A stretch of DNA of 63,242 bases, the filler included, from Octopus bimaculoides (lineage: Eukaryota): NCBI RefSeq assembly GCF_001194135.2. It is 7 parts of 6 records of this genome, joined end to end, with 100 filler letters (N's around TTAATTAATTAA, not from the genome) between each part and the next. Parts side by side here need not be neighbours in the genome. Positions count along the whole stretch, not along the records: positions 1 to 19,411 come from NC_069007.1; 6 more parts are not named here. One strand, written 5' to 3'. The notes beneath the pieces are model-generated. The model was not told the origin of the DNA. It did no database searches and worked only from the letters and a program-made list of their open reading frames with translations. Shown here piece by piece: positions 1 to 11,910 of this stretch. The translations under genes and the position numbers were made by a program. The number at the start of each line of letters is the position of its first letter. Positions within the stretch are counted from its first letter, which is position 1.

Positions 1-96
1 GTCCAACCAGCTCGTTCCTCCATCGTCCAACCAGCTCGTTCCTCCATTGTCCAACCAGCTCGTTCATCCATTGTCCAACCAGCTCGTTCATCCATT
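1..96. repeat. 24-bp minisatellite, 4 copies (GTCCAACCAGCTCGTTCMTCCATY); may continue left of the window
   Basis: Four consecutive 24-nt units with 1-2 substitutions are directly visible. Confidence 0.95.
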
Positions 97-344
97 GCCT
101 GCCTCTTGGTCTACTGCCCTCTACTCATCCTCCCATGATGTTTTCCAAATCTCTGCTCCTTCAAATATGGCCATAATTGATGGGATTTTGTTTTTTTTCT
201 TCACAATGTTTAGGAGTTGACGTCTTTCACTTATTGTAAAACCCATTCATTTATCTGGTGACTCTTGAAAAAGACCCATAACATTCTCCTATACACCCTC
301 ATTTCAACCAAATTTATTATATTTGCACACACATACATACACAC

Positions 345-931
345 TGACCATGTCTGGCTCAAATACTCTGCCTGTTTTATATTCAACCCTGCCAGAGCTA
401 GCCTATCATACCTAACCTATAATGTTATCCTAAAAATAAACAATCAGGCGCAGGATTAGCTATGTGGTAAATAGCTTGCCGACCAACCACATGGTTCCGG
501 GTTCAGTCCCACTGTGTGGCACCTTGGGCAAGTGTCTTCTACTATAGCTTCGGGCCGACCAAAGCCTTGTGAGTGGATTTGGTAGACGGAAACTGAAAGA
601 CACCTGTCGTATATATGTATATNNNNNNNNNNCCCCCACCCCCAACATCACTTGACAACTGATGCAGGTCTGTTTATGTCCCCTTAACTTAGCAGTTCAG
701 CAAAAGAGACCGATAGAATAAGTACTAGGCTTCCAAAGAATAAGTCTTGCGGTCGATTAGCTCGACTAAAGGCGGTGCTCCAGCATGGCCACAGTTAAAT
801 GACTGAAACAAGTAAAAGAGTAATCACGTTTTCAACATCTCAAAGCTATGAGATAGTACATGATTAATTCTAAACAATGTGAATAAATAAGAATTACATG
901 TGATGAAATAATCTGAATGCTAAAAGATTAA
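345..931 (+). mobile_element. piggyBac-like MITE (family 2) interrupted by a SINE
   Basis: 345-446 and 822-931 together match the uninterrupted copy at 9851-10065 (AAATAAACAATCA|CATCATTGAAATCTCAGAGCTATGAG...CTGAATGCTAA); it ends in ...AATGCTAAAAGATTAA. Confidence 0.65.
447..821 (+). mobile_element. SINE family A (tRNA-derived head), near full length
   Basis: Head with B-box-like GGTTCAGTCCC, core GGCAAGTGTCTTCTACTATAGC...GTGAGTGGATTTGGTAGACGGAAACTGAAAG, internal (AT/GT) tract, tail ...GACTGAAACAAGTAAAAGAG; AATCA duplicated at 442-446 and 822-826. Confidence 0.9.
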
Positions 932-1100
932 CATCATCTTTTACCATGGATTTTCTTTGATACTTCAACAATGGATCTGCTGACTCCATTTTTTAACTAT
1001 GGACCTCTTCAATATTTTTGACCATGGATCTACCACTGAATATCATCATTTATTCTGGACATTCCTTAATCCCACAATGAACAGGGAACAAATATCTTAC

Positions 1101-1211
1101 GTGGCACTGGCACGAGTGGTCCCTGTGTGGTACTGGCACGAGCGGTCCCTATGTGGCACTGGAATGAGTGGTCCCTATGTGGCACTGGAATGAGTGGTCC
1201 CTATGTGGCAC
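1101..1211. repeat. 26-bp minisatellite, ~4.3 copies (GTGGCACTGGMAYGAGTGGTCCCTAT)
   Basis: Units start at 1101, 1127, 1153, 1179 and 1205 (partial). Confidence 0.95.
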
Positions 1212-2091
1212 AGAGTCCACGATTCAGCACCATGAAGCAATGATGTTAAAACCATTACTTTGTATACTTTGACTTCCTGTTCAATGAGATATCATGCTGT
1301 TCCAAAGCCTAGGGTAAAGCTTACCAAAAGTGGAACTAGCCTTCCCAATTCTGAACTCAGTATGTGTGTGTGTGTGCGTGCATGCATGGCTGTGTGGTAA
1401 GCAGCTTGCTTCCCAACCACATGGTTCNNNNNNNNNNNNNNNNNNNNNNNNNNNNNNNNNNNNNNNNNNNNNNNNNNNNNNNNNNNNNNNNNNNNNNNNN
1501 NNNNNNNNNNNNNNNNNNNNNNNNNNNNNNNNNNNNNNNNNNNNNNNNNNNNNNNNNNNNNNNNNNNNNNNNNNNNNNNNNNNNNNNNNNNNNNNNNNNN
1601 NNNNNNNNNNNNNNNNNNNNNNNNNNNNNNNNNNNNNNNNNNNNNNNNNNNNNNNNNNNNNNNNNNNNNNNNNNNNNNNNNNNNNNNNNNNNNNNNNNNN
1701 NNNNNNNNNNNNNNNNNNNNNNNNNNNNNNNNNNNNNNNNNNNNNNNNNNNNNNNNNNNNNNNNNNNNNNNNNNNNNNNNNNNNNNNNNNNNNNNNNNNN
1801 NNNNNNNNNNNNNNNNNNNNNNNNNNNNNNNNNNNNNNNNNNNNNNNNNNNNNNNNNNNNNNNNNNNNNNNNNNNNNNNNNNNNNNNNNNNNNNNNNNNN
1901 NNNNNNNNNNNNNNNNNNNNNNNNNNNNNNNNNNNNNNNNNNNNNNNNNNNNNNNNNNNNNNNNNNNNNNNNNNNNNNNNNNNNNNNNNNNNNNNNNNNN
2001 NNNNNNNNNNNNNNNNNNNNNNNNNNNNNNNNNNNNNNNNNNNNNNNNNNNNNNNNNNNNNNNNNNNNNNNNNNNNNNNNNNNNNNNNNNN

Positions 2092-2162
<71 letters not shown>

Positions 2163-2629
2163 TATTGTCTCTTTTTGTCTTAGCGATTTCACTAAAGGAG
2201 TTGGTAGAATAAGTATCAGGCTTGAAAAAAAATAAGGATTGGGGTTAATTCATTTGACTAAAAGTTCCTCAAGGCAGTATCCCAGCAAGGTCACAGTTCA
2301 ATAATCAAAACAAATAGAGGATAAAGGATAACAAACATTAGCTTTTGTTTTATTTCTTTTTTTTTTGTTTTCACCCCAAATCTGATGATCTTTGGAATTG
2401 AGAAGTGGCAATTGTCTCAATTGCATGCAGGGACAGAAGTTGAAAATGAGTGAATGGTAATGCTAAACTTAGACATCCAACTGGCAGAGTTTCTTTCCTT
2501 CTTCCTTTCTTTGTTAAATTAATCGATTGTGGTGGTCATATGTGGAGATCACTGGGCTCTGCCAGCTCTGGAAGACAGAAGCTGAGAAAGTGTGAACGGT
2601 AACACTAAACATTGGCCCCTATTTAAGTC

Positions 2630-3100
2630 TACCTTTCACTCTTTCTCTCTCTCTAATTCTATCTCTTTCATTCTGTTTCTCTCTAACTTTATCTCTTTCA
2701 CTCTCTCTAACTCTATCTCTTTCACTCTCTCTAACTCTATCTCTTTCACTCTCTATCTCTTTCACTTTCTCTCTCTCTAACTATCTCTTTCACTTTCTCT
2801 CTCTCTAACTCTATCTCTTTCACTCTCTCTCTCTCTATCTCTTTCTCTCTCTCTAACTCTATCTCTTTCACTCTCTCTTTCACTCACTCTTTCACTCTCT
2901 CTGTCTTTCATTCACTCACTCTCTCTCTCTAACTCTATCTCTTTCACTCACTCTGTCTTTCATTCACTCACTCACTCTCTCTTTCTTTCACTCTTTCTTT
3001 CTTTCACTCTTTCTTTCTTTCACTCTTTCTTTCTTTCACTCTTTCTTTCTTTCTCATTTTCTCCATCCTCATCTCCCCTACTATTCCACTTCCCTTCCTC
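2630..3100. repeat. Complex polypyrimidine minisatellite/microsatellite (CTATCTCTTTCACTCTCTCTAA-like units grading into TTCTTTCACTCT)
   Basis: About 470 bp, almost entirely C/T, with recurring 14-24-nt units. Confidence 0.9.
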
Positions 3101-3705
3101 TCTGTGGAATTACAGGATTAATTCTAGGGTAGAACTAAGTTTTTGTCTTCCTCCAGAGACATACTAACCATTTTGTTACCAAATTTCTCTTGAAATACAC
3201 AGTTTCAATTAATTTTGGAAATAACCAAGAATTTAGTAAAACAACTTTATTGTTGTTAAGCTGGTGTTTGAAACATAGATTAACATGGAATTTTGATGGA
3301 AGTTTTTTTTAATTTATAACACTTCAGGGAGGCCCAAAGTCACCAAGAAATTTCCAAATGTAACTCCTTTATTTTTTAACTTTAATTCACAATGCCATAA
3401 TATTTTATCAAGTAGAGATATATTAAATAAATTTTTACTAATTGTGAATGATTAATTACATCTTTTAAGTGACATCCATTTCCAGCTTTGTATGAACATG
3501 TCCTTTTTAAGGCCCTTTTCATCACAGACCTCACTGTTTCAGGTTCTAGTGCTTTTGGTTTCTGTTTAAATGTTTTCCTTTATCTGTTGTCGAGTCTGAG
3601 ACTTATTGATATAGACCTATTCTTTGGGATAGCCCCATAGAAAGAAATCAGGGCTTGACAAGTCTGGGGAGTGAGGTGACCAGTTTATGCTGTAACTGTG
3701 AGAAA

Positions 3706-3860
3706 TTCATCATCATTTAGTGTTTGCTTTCCATGCTGGCATGGGTTGGGCGGTTTGACTGGAACTGGTAAGCCAGAGAGCTGCACCAAGTTCCAGTCTG
3801 ATTTGGCATGGTTTCTACAGCTAGATGGCCTTCCTAATGCCAACCACTCCATAAGTGCAA
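3706..3860 (-). mobile_element. RTE-tail-like non-autonomous element (family C), 3' part
   Basis: Matches 18277-18520: CATCATTTAGTGTTTGCTTTCCATGCTGGCATGGGTTGG...GATGGCCTTCCTAATGCCAACCACTCC. Confidence 0.75.
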
Positions 3861-4318
3861 TGGGTGCTTTTATGTTCCTGTTATGTGACCATAACTATGA
3901 TTTCACTTGGTTTTCTGAGTCTTCTCAAGCACAACATATCGCCAAAGGTCTTGATCATTTGTCATCACCTCCACGAGGCCCAACGTTTGAAAATCATGCC
4001 TCACCACCTTGTCTTATGTCTACTTGGATCTACCTCTACCACAGGTTCCCTCTAGACTTTGAGATTGACACTTCTTTACACAACTGCCCTCATCCATATG
4101 TATCACATGGCCATACCAGTGCAGTCATCCCTCTTGCAAACCACATCTGATGCCTCAAAGATTTTCTTGAAACATGATTGTGGCCCTTATCATATGAACA
4201 GTCGTTCCATCATGGAACTACATGTTGGGTTTATTTTGAATTGATGGCTGTACCAAATTTTCAATCGTAGACTTGAAATTGATCTCACATCACAGTACCA
4301 TGGTTGCCAGCATCGTCT

Positions 4319-4790
4319 TCAGAAAAGTAAGGTCCCGTCACCTGATGTTATCCCACACCTTATTGTGAACGTAGTGGGATGCAGTTCTTTTAGGATAATT
4401 ACCCAAGGATTTCCTGAACTCCAAATTCTGTGATTTTGTCTATTAACAAACCTATTCAACATTATCAGTTTGTGGATAAATTCAAGGTTTTCTCCTTCCA
4501 AGTCTTGAACTCTTGACTGCATATTGCAGTCTCTAGTTCTTAATCTTGAGGCTTCGGTTGCTGTACTATCTGTACTTTGTATGGAAACAGATTCCTTGAA
4601 GAGATGTCTGAAAGATGCCAACCTATCGAGACTGCCTTTGAGGTGATGTGCTCTGTACTTCAGTACTGTTACTCACTCAACTACTCCTTTATTCCTAACT
4701 GGACATGGTCTGCCACTTTGTGGAAGGTCACTTACTGAGCCTTTATTCTGAAACTGGTGAAACAAATTCCTAGTCATGGATTAACTTAGG
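4319..4790 (-). mobile_element. Degraded Tc1/mariner-superfamily transposase fragment (rosa/DD41D- or maT-like)
   Basis: Minus strand gives FHQFQNKGSVSDLPQSGRP (HTH-region S-G-R-P motif) and LNRFVNRQNHRIWSSGNPWVIILKELHPTTFTIRCGIT (cf. LNGxVNKQNxRxWxxENPxxxxEKxLHPxKxTVWCGxT); stops and frameshifts present. Confidence 0.75.
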
Positions 4791-5371
4791 GAATCTCTCA
4801 ATGAAAAATGGTCACAATACATTTGTTGAGTTTGAATTATTGATCCTTGGATTTGATAGAAACATTTCAATATTTGCGTTCATTGTTCAGTTTTGTATTT
4901 TTCCATGATGGATTTCCAAAGTTCTTTTTATGGACCACCTGAAAGAATCATAAAGATAAGCATTTCTTTACCCCTTAGTGATTTCTGATCCACCTTGGTT
5001 TTAAACAGGAAGTTTGTATCTTAGTAACAGGTTTGGTCTCAGAGACAAGTTGATATTGGAAGGGATCAGCCAGCATTTTACAGTTTGTCACATGACCAGA
5101 CATGATTATAAAAAACAGCCTGAGAACCTCTACATGAAGTGTTTAACGCTATAGTTACCATATTCCTGTTGAAATTTTGAAAATAATAAAGAATTTAGTA
5201 AAATAAATTTGTCAGCATAAATTGGTGTTTGGAATGTAAATTAACATGGATTTTGGAGGGAAAGTTTTAATTAAGTTAATTTAAAAAATTTGTTTGTGTC
5301 TCAGACCATCAGGTTGTTTAAGGCAGGTTGGGGGATCAAGAGTTAGGGTACCTCACTTGAGAGTACCTTAA

Positions 5372-5585
5372 CCTTTTTGTTACCATATTTCTTTTGAGAT
5401 GCTCCATGTTTCTTTCAATTAATTTTAAATATAACAAAGAATTTAGTAAAATAACTTAGTTGTCATTAAGCTAGTGTTAAGAACATAAATTGTGACTAAG
5501 GTTTGGTGGAAGATTTTAATTCAAAGCTTATGAAAGCAAGATATTTGTACTACAGAGCCAGAGGCTGTTTCAGCCATGAAAAGGG
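5372..5585 (+). mobile_element. piggyBac-like MITE (family 1), TTAA-flanked, ~214 bp
   Basis: TTAA (5368-5371) CCTTTTT...GAAAAGGG TTAA (5586-5589). A second truncated copy starts TTAA-CCCTTTT at 5613, and more diverged relatives lie at ~3160-3310 and ~5150-5280. Confidence 0.65.
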
Positions 5586-5904
5586 TTAAGAATTGTTTCT
5601 CTATCATATATTTTAACCCTTTTGTTACCATATTTCTTTTGAGATGCTCCATGTTTCTTTCAATTAATTTTAAATATAACAAAGAATTTCGTAAAATAAC
5701 TTAGTTGTCATTAAGCTAGTGTTGCTAAGAATAGCAGCTAAATATTCTTTAAACCTTACTGTACTGTCTTAAAGTAGGACATCATTGGACACTAGTCTGA
5801 GAATGAGGTGCATTCTCTATGTCTGAAAAACAAATCCGTTTAAAAGTCTGTTAATCCATTTCTTACTATATATCTCTTTTGAAATACGCTGCATGCCGAA
5901 ACAG

Positions 5905-6090
5905 ACCTTACTGGTGCTAGTGTCACATAAAAAGCATCCAGTCCACACTAATGGTTGACATTAGGAAGTGCATCCAGCTGTAAGAACCATGCCAAAACAG
6001 TCAACGAAGCCAGGTGCAGTCCTCTGGCTTGCCAGCTCCTGACCCCTGTCAGCATGAAAAATGGAATGCTAAATGATGAGGATGAGATCC
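5905..6090 (+). mobile_element. RTE-tail-like element (family C), 3' part
   Basis: GGTTGACATTAGGAAGTGCATCCAGCTGTAAGAACC...CAGCATGAAAAATGGAATGCTAAATGATGAGGATGA. Confidence 0.7.
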
Positions 6091-6448
6091 CTTTAATTAC
6101 TGTTTTATTCTGGTAGACCCCTATAACCATTTGTTCCTCTTCTGTTATTCACACATTGACTTGTGTAGGTTGAACTACGTAAAACATTTGAGAAGGAAAT
6201 TTAGCTGTTTCTTGTAATACATTCTTTTTATTCTTTTTACTTATTTCAGCCATTTGACTACAGCCATGCTGGAGCACCACCTTAAAGGGTGTTAGTCAAA
6301 GAAATCAACCCTAGGACTTATTCTTTGTAGGCCTAGTACTTATTCTATCAGNNNNNNNNNNTCAACCCTAGGACTTATTCTTTGTAAGCCTAGTACTTAT
6401 TCTATTAGTCTTTTTTGTTGAACTGCTAAGTTACGGGGATGTAAACAT

Positions 6449-7110
6449 CCCTTCAAAGTATTCTCCTTTTGAAGCAATGCATCAGTCCAGGCGTGTTTTC
6501 CACTTTTTGAAACAGTGCTGGAACTCTTGTGAAGTGATGCCTTTTAATGCTTCTGTCGTTTTTTTCTTCCCTTCTTCCACATCTGCAAATTCTGTAGCGC
6601 CAGCTTTCATCACCAGTGATGACCTTCAAGAAAGGTCCAGATCAATTCCCAACTGTTCTTTCAGTTCACGACATACATTCAGTCGTGACTGTTTTTGATC
6701 TTCCATGAGCAAGCGAGGCACAAATTTTGCTGCAACCCTTTTTCATAAGCAATTCCTCGCTCAAAATTCGTTGGCAGGGGCTCCAGGACACACCAGTCAT
6801 ATCAACAAGTTCATCAATTGTTCGGCAACGGTCCTCTCAGATCAGTTCATGAATTTTCATGAGGCCGATAGTTGTCCTGAATGAGGTTGGTCTTCAAGTG
6901 ACCATTCCTAAAGCATGGAAACCACTCGCAAACTTGTGTTTTGCTCATGGCAGCATCCTTGAAAGCTGTTTGAAACAGGACAACTGTTTTGGCCGCCGTT
7001 TTCCCCAGCAGAAAACAGAATTTCCTGGAAGCATGCTGTTCCTTTGTTCCAGCCATCGCAAAAATTGACGAACAAGGGAGAAGCATTGCAAAGATGCACC
7101 ACGTGGTAGT
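6449..7110 (-). mobile_element. Internally deleted mariner (DD34D-type) transposase remnant
   Basis: Minus strand: EQHASRKFCFLLGKTAAKT...AMSKTQVCEWF (mariner HTH), then KRVAAKFVPRLL and VITGDESW joined directly to the C-terminal FADVEE...FQHCFKKWKTRLD*CIASKGEYFEG. The catalytic core is missing. Confidence 0.85.
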
Positions 7111-7235
7111 ACAACCACAGCCAGTGACGTTGGTCAGCAGACTGATGCCTTAGGGTCACATCAAGTGACCTCTAGTGGCAGAAGCCTGAATTACAATGGG
7201 TTTGTCCCACAGAGAATGTTTCCAGTTACTATATA

Positions 7236-7570
7236 TATATGATGGGCTCCTTTCAGTTTCCGTTTATCAAATTCACTCACAGGGCTTTGGTCAGCTCATG
7301 GCTATAGTAGAAGACACTTGCCCAAGGTGCCACGCAGTGGGACTGAACAAGGAACCATGTGGTTGGGAAGCATATTTCTTACTACACAGCCATGCCTGCA
7401 CCTATATACAAAACATTANNNNNNNNNNTATATATATATATATATATACGATAAGCTTCTTCCAGTTTCTGTCTACCAAATCCACTCAAGGCTTTGGTCG
7501 GCCCAAGGATATAGTAGAAGACACTTGCCCTAGGTACCACACACAGTGGGACTAAAACCAGAACCATGTC
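7236..7570 (-). mobile_element. Two tandem 5'-half copies of SINE family A
   Basis: Reverse complements of the head and core at 7236-7399 and 7448-7570. Confidence 0.85.
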
Positions 7571-7674
7571 TGTGCCTAAATCAAAATTTTTACTAGGAGT
7601 CCCCACTTTACTATTTTGCTTGCGTGGACCCCTCAAAATCTCCTTGGGGGTCATAATGGACCCCAGTTGAGAAC

Positions 7675-7910
7675 CACTGTGTGTGTGTATTTGTGTCTGT
7701 TTTTGTCCCCTTATCACCACTCGACAACTGGTGTTGGTGTGTTTACATCCCCGTAACTTAGTGGTTTGGGAAAAAGGAGACCGATAGAATAAGTACCAGG
7801 CTTTTTAAAGAAATAAATACTGGGGTCATTTCATTTGGCTAAAATCTCTTCAGAGCAGTGCTCCAGCATGGCCGCAGTCAAATGCCTGAAATAACTAAAA
7901 GAAGAAAAGA
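7675..7910 (+). mobile_element. SINE family A, 3' half
   Basis: TTGTCCCC...GACAACTGGTGTTGGTGTGTTTACATCCCCGTAACTTAG...GCATGGCCGCAGTCAAATG. Confidence 0.85.
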
Positions 7911-7993
7911 ATGTCAAACACACACACACCCTCCTCTACTGTTCCCAGCCATCACAACATACCACTGTATATCACTATCACAGTGACCTCCAG

Positions 7994-8038
<45 letters not shown>

Positions 8039-9850
8039 AACAAATAGTATTACTAACCATCACCAGCTGCCACAGCTAATACCACCACCACCATCACCAC
8101 CACTCCCTCTGTCAACCACATCCAATGGCATTTCTAACTATTTGGAAGTTCTGTCTGACTGACTGACTCTCTCCCCTTCTCTCTTTCCTTTCCTCCTCCT
8201 CTCTCTCCCTCATTTTCTCTTTCCCTCCTCTTTTCTCTCTCTTCATCTTCTGTCAATACCATCATTCTCTCCTTTCTCCTCTGTGTGTGAGTGTGTCTTA
8301 CCTTTTATATTATTTGTCATCTGACTGCAGCCACATTAGGGCACCACCTTGAACTTCAGTTGGAGGAATGGACCCCTTTAAAGCCTGACCCTTATTCTAC
8401 TCATGCGCCTGTGTGGTAAGAAGCTTGCTTCTTAACCATATGGTTCAGGGTTCAGTTCCACTGTGTGGCACCTTGGGCAAGTGTCGTGTACTACANNNNN
8501 NNNNNNNNNNNNNNNNNNNNNNNNNNNNNNNNNNNNNNNNNNNNNNNNNNNNNNNNNNNNNNNNNNNNNNNNNNNNNNNNNNNNNNNNNNNNNNNNNNNN
8601 NNNNNNNNNNNNNNNNNNNNNNNNNNNNNNNNNNNNNNNNNNNNNNNNNNNNNNNNNNNNNNNNNNNNNNNNNNNNNNNNNNNNNNNNNNNNNNNNNNNN
8701 NNNNNNNNNNNNNNNNNNNNNNNNNNNNNNNNNNNNNNNNNNNNNNNNNNNNNNNNNNNNNNNNNNNNNNNNNNNNNNNTTGTTAACAATTAACACAGAA
8801 AGAATAGATAAATAGTTACCAGGGTAGCAAAAATTACACAAGTAAAAAGGTTGTAACTCCTTGTTTTTAAAGGTAGAAAATCCGGGTTTTCATGAAATAT
8901 TTTGTATAATATATATAAATAAATAAATGGATTTAAATGCAGATGTTATTCAAATTCTCTTACTTCCGACACATGTTTCGAAGATATCACTGGTATTATT
9001 CCAAAGGAATAAAATGGTGTAAAACACCATTCATTTCTTCATTTCCCTGAAGAGAAGACGTCATCGGAATCACTGTTTTTGAATTTATTAAACCAGCTTT
9101 GACATTTCCAATTACTCACACTGTCAGATTATACAGAACATATGTATTTCCCTTAAGAAAATCCTAAAGTGATCAATGTTAAACATTAAATTCAGTTAAG
9201 TTCTTGTCTTCCATTGGCTATCCAATAAGGTATATGCACACATACTGTGTGTCCACATTAACGTTCGGTCATTAACTCTAAACTGATAGGTTGATTTTGA
9301 GGACATATTTTATTGGCTTGTATGGTATGATGTCACACTCTTTGCATGAAAATACATTACTCTTTGGTTCTACACATACACACAAATTTACATGAACGCA
9401 CACACTTGCAGACATACATGAACACACAATGTTTCTGACAATTTCCATCTCCCAAATCCACTGACACGGCTTTGATTAGCTTGTGGCTGTAGTAGAAAAC
9501 ACTTGCCCAAGGTACCATGCAGTGGGACTGAACCTGGAACAGTGTGGTTGGGAAGCAAGCCTCTTATCAGGCATCCACACATATATATATATGTATATAT
9601 TGTTTGACATTTGACTGTGGACATGTTGGGGTACTACTGCCTTGTAGAGTTTTTAGCTGAACAAATCAACCCCAGGATCAAGTTCTTGGACTCTGAATCA
9701 CTATCGTTGGAAAACCATATGTTCAGCACGAATATTGTCAATCAACGCGTACAGATTTTTCCATCTTTCATTGGTCTTACCATGGCCTTACCTGTTAACC
9801 TGGGTGTAAGAGGAATCAGATGTAGTGTGCGAGAAAGCACTGCTGATTGC

Positions 9851-10065
9851 TTGATCCTTTAGCATTGAAACTGGTCATATCTGGCTCAGATATTCTACCT
9901 GTTTTATGTACAAACTGGCTGGATCTGGCCTCTCACACCCACCCTACAATGTCATTCTGAAAATAAACAATCACATCATTGAAATCTCAGAGCTATGAGA
10001 GTTCAAAACAATGTGAATAAACAGGCATTATATTCGGCAGAGTAATCTGAATGCTAAGGGGTTGA
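9851..10065 (+). mobile_element. piggyBac-like MITE (family 2), uninterrupted copy
   Basis: TTGA-TCCTTTAGCATT...AATGCTAAGGGG-TTGA, read as a decayed TTAA-CCCTTTAGCATT TIR pair. A partial tandem copy follows at ~10110-10270. Confidence 0.6.
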
Positions 10066-10280
10066 GCAAGCCCTATCAAGTCAAAATATTGTACATGGGT
10101 TGTGTTCAGACAAGCTATATCTGGCTTATCACACCTTCCCTACAATGTCATTCTGAAAATAAACAATCACATCATTGAAATCTTGAAGCCCCAGGATAAT
10201 ACATGATTAATTCAAGACAATGTGAATAAATGAGAATTATATTTGACATAGTAACTTGAATACTAAAAAATTCTCATACA

Positions 10281-10500
10281 TCTTATTTCTTTATTGCCCA
10301 CAAGGGGCTAAACATAGAGGGGACAAACAAGGGATTAAGTCGATAACATCAACTCCAGTGCGTAACTGGTACATAACTTATCAACCCCGAAAGGATGAAA
10401 GGCAAAGTTGACCTTGGCGGAATTTGAACTGAGAACGTAAAGGCAGACAAAATACTGCTAAGCATTTCGCCCGGCGTGCTAACGTTTCTTCCAGCTCACC
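10281..10500 (-). mobile_element. SINE family B (core GCCTTTCATCCTTTCGGGGTCGATAAATTAAGTACCAG)
   Basis: Reverse complement matches the plus-strand copies at 10795-10957 and 53297-53506. Confidence 0.9.
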
Positions 10501-10794
10501 CCCTTATGTATGAATTCTCATACATCTGTTTTTCCATGCTTGCATGGGTTGTACAAAGTTTATTTCGGGCAGATTTTTCTATGGCTGGAGGGTCTTCTTA
10601 TTTCCAACCCTCACCTGTTGCCATGCTAAGTGATATTTCTTCATGGACAGACATATTCTTGCAGAATATTCGAAATAAATGACATTGCTTGTATGACTGG
10701 CAATCATTTTACAACTATTATGCAATATCAAAGCAAGGTGACACAAACCTATGCATGCGTGTGCACACACAGACATACACACACACACACACAC

Positions 10795-10957
10795 CGCTAC
10801 ATTCTGAGTTCAAATTCTGCCAAGGTCAACTTTGCCTTTCATCCTTTCAGGGTTGATAAATTAAGTACCAGTTACGCACTGGGGTTGATGTAATCGACTT
10901 AATCCCTTTGTTTGTCCCCTCTATGTTTAGCCCCTTGTGGGCAATAAAGAAATAAGA
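10795..10957 (+). mobile_element. SINE family B, 5'-truncated
   Basis: TTCTGAGTTCAAATTC (B-box-like)...CCCCTTGTGGGCAATAAAGAAATAAGA. Confidence 0.9.
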
Positions 10958-11872
10958 AGTTTGCTTTCCAACCACATGGTTCCAGGTTCAGTCCCTGCAT
11001 GGCACCTTGAGCGAGTGTTTTCTACTATACTCTGAGGCCAACCAAAGCCTTGTGAATAGACTTGGTAGATGGAAACTAAAAGAAGCCTCTTGTATGCATG
11101 TATAATATGTGTGTTTGTCTCCTACCATCACAGTGTGGCTGAACCTGAAATCACATGGTTTGGAAGCTAGAAATACACCTATTTAGTATATTAAATAACA
11201 TTTCTTTACCTTTTAAGTAATTAATTTATCTTTTTAATTTACCAATTATGTAATCCACTTAATAATCTAACCATCAATTAATCTACCAGTTAAACTGTTA
11301 ATTTAATTATTCTTATCTATCCATTAATAAATCAGTCATTCCATTAAAAAAAAAAACAACCTAATAAATCATTGATGTTTTTACGTTTTATTAATTATGC
11401 AGTCATGGATGTATGGTTAGGAAGCTAGCTTTACATCCATGTAGTTTGAAGTTCAGTCCTACTGTGCAGTACCTTGAGAAAGTGTTTTTTTACTATAGCC
11501 TTGAGTTGACCAGTGCTTTGTGAGTGAATTTGGTAGATGGAAATTATGGAGGCCTGATGTGTGTGTGTTTATTCATTTATATATATATATATATATATAT
11601 ATANNNNNNNNNNNNNNNNNNNNNNNNNNNNNNNNNNNNNNNNNNNNNNNNNNNNNNNNNNNNNNNNNNNNNNNNNNNNNNNNNNNNNNNNNNNNNNNNN
11701 NNNNNNNNNNNNNNNNNNNNNNNNNNNNNNNNNNNNNNNNNNNNNNNNNNNNNNNNNNNNNNNNNNNNNNNNNNNNNNNNGGCTACTGAATAAGTGTCAC
11801 ATATTTTTACAGATAAATTCCTCTATTTACATAATATCGAGGTCTCTTTCTTTCTTTTGTTGTCCTTTCTAT

Positions 11873-11910
<38 letters not shown>

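Noticed and set aside
1-96. Regularly spaced 24-bp repeats (and 26-bp repeats at 1101-1211) as a possible CRISPR array
   Set aside because: The units are directly tandem with no unique spacers, the context is eukaryotic, and there are no cas genes.
1281-2235. Long ORFs of 150-340 aa here and at 8.4, 11.5, 29, 33.4, 36.4, 40.2, 47.3, 48.8, 54.5, 55.9 and 57.3 kb
   Set aside because: They consist of X from N-gaps plus YI/HT/CV dinucleotide-repeat translations.
7600-7679. hAT-like terminus (reverse complement CAGTGGTTCTCAAC)
   Set aside because: No matching opposite terminus or 8-bp target duplication was found.
8985-9075. GAAACATGT (minus) and CTGAAGA (plus) motifs around two small hairpins
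   Set aside because: The half-motifs are on opposite strands and neither completes a core; at most a very old Penelope-type remnant.
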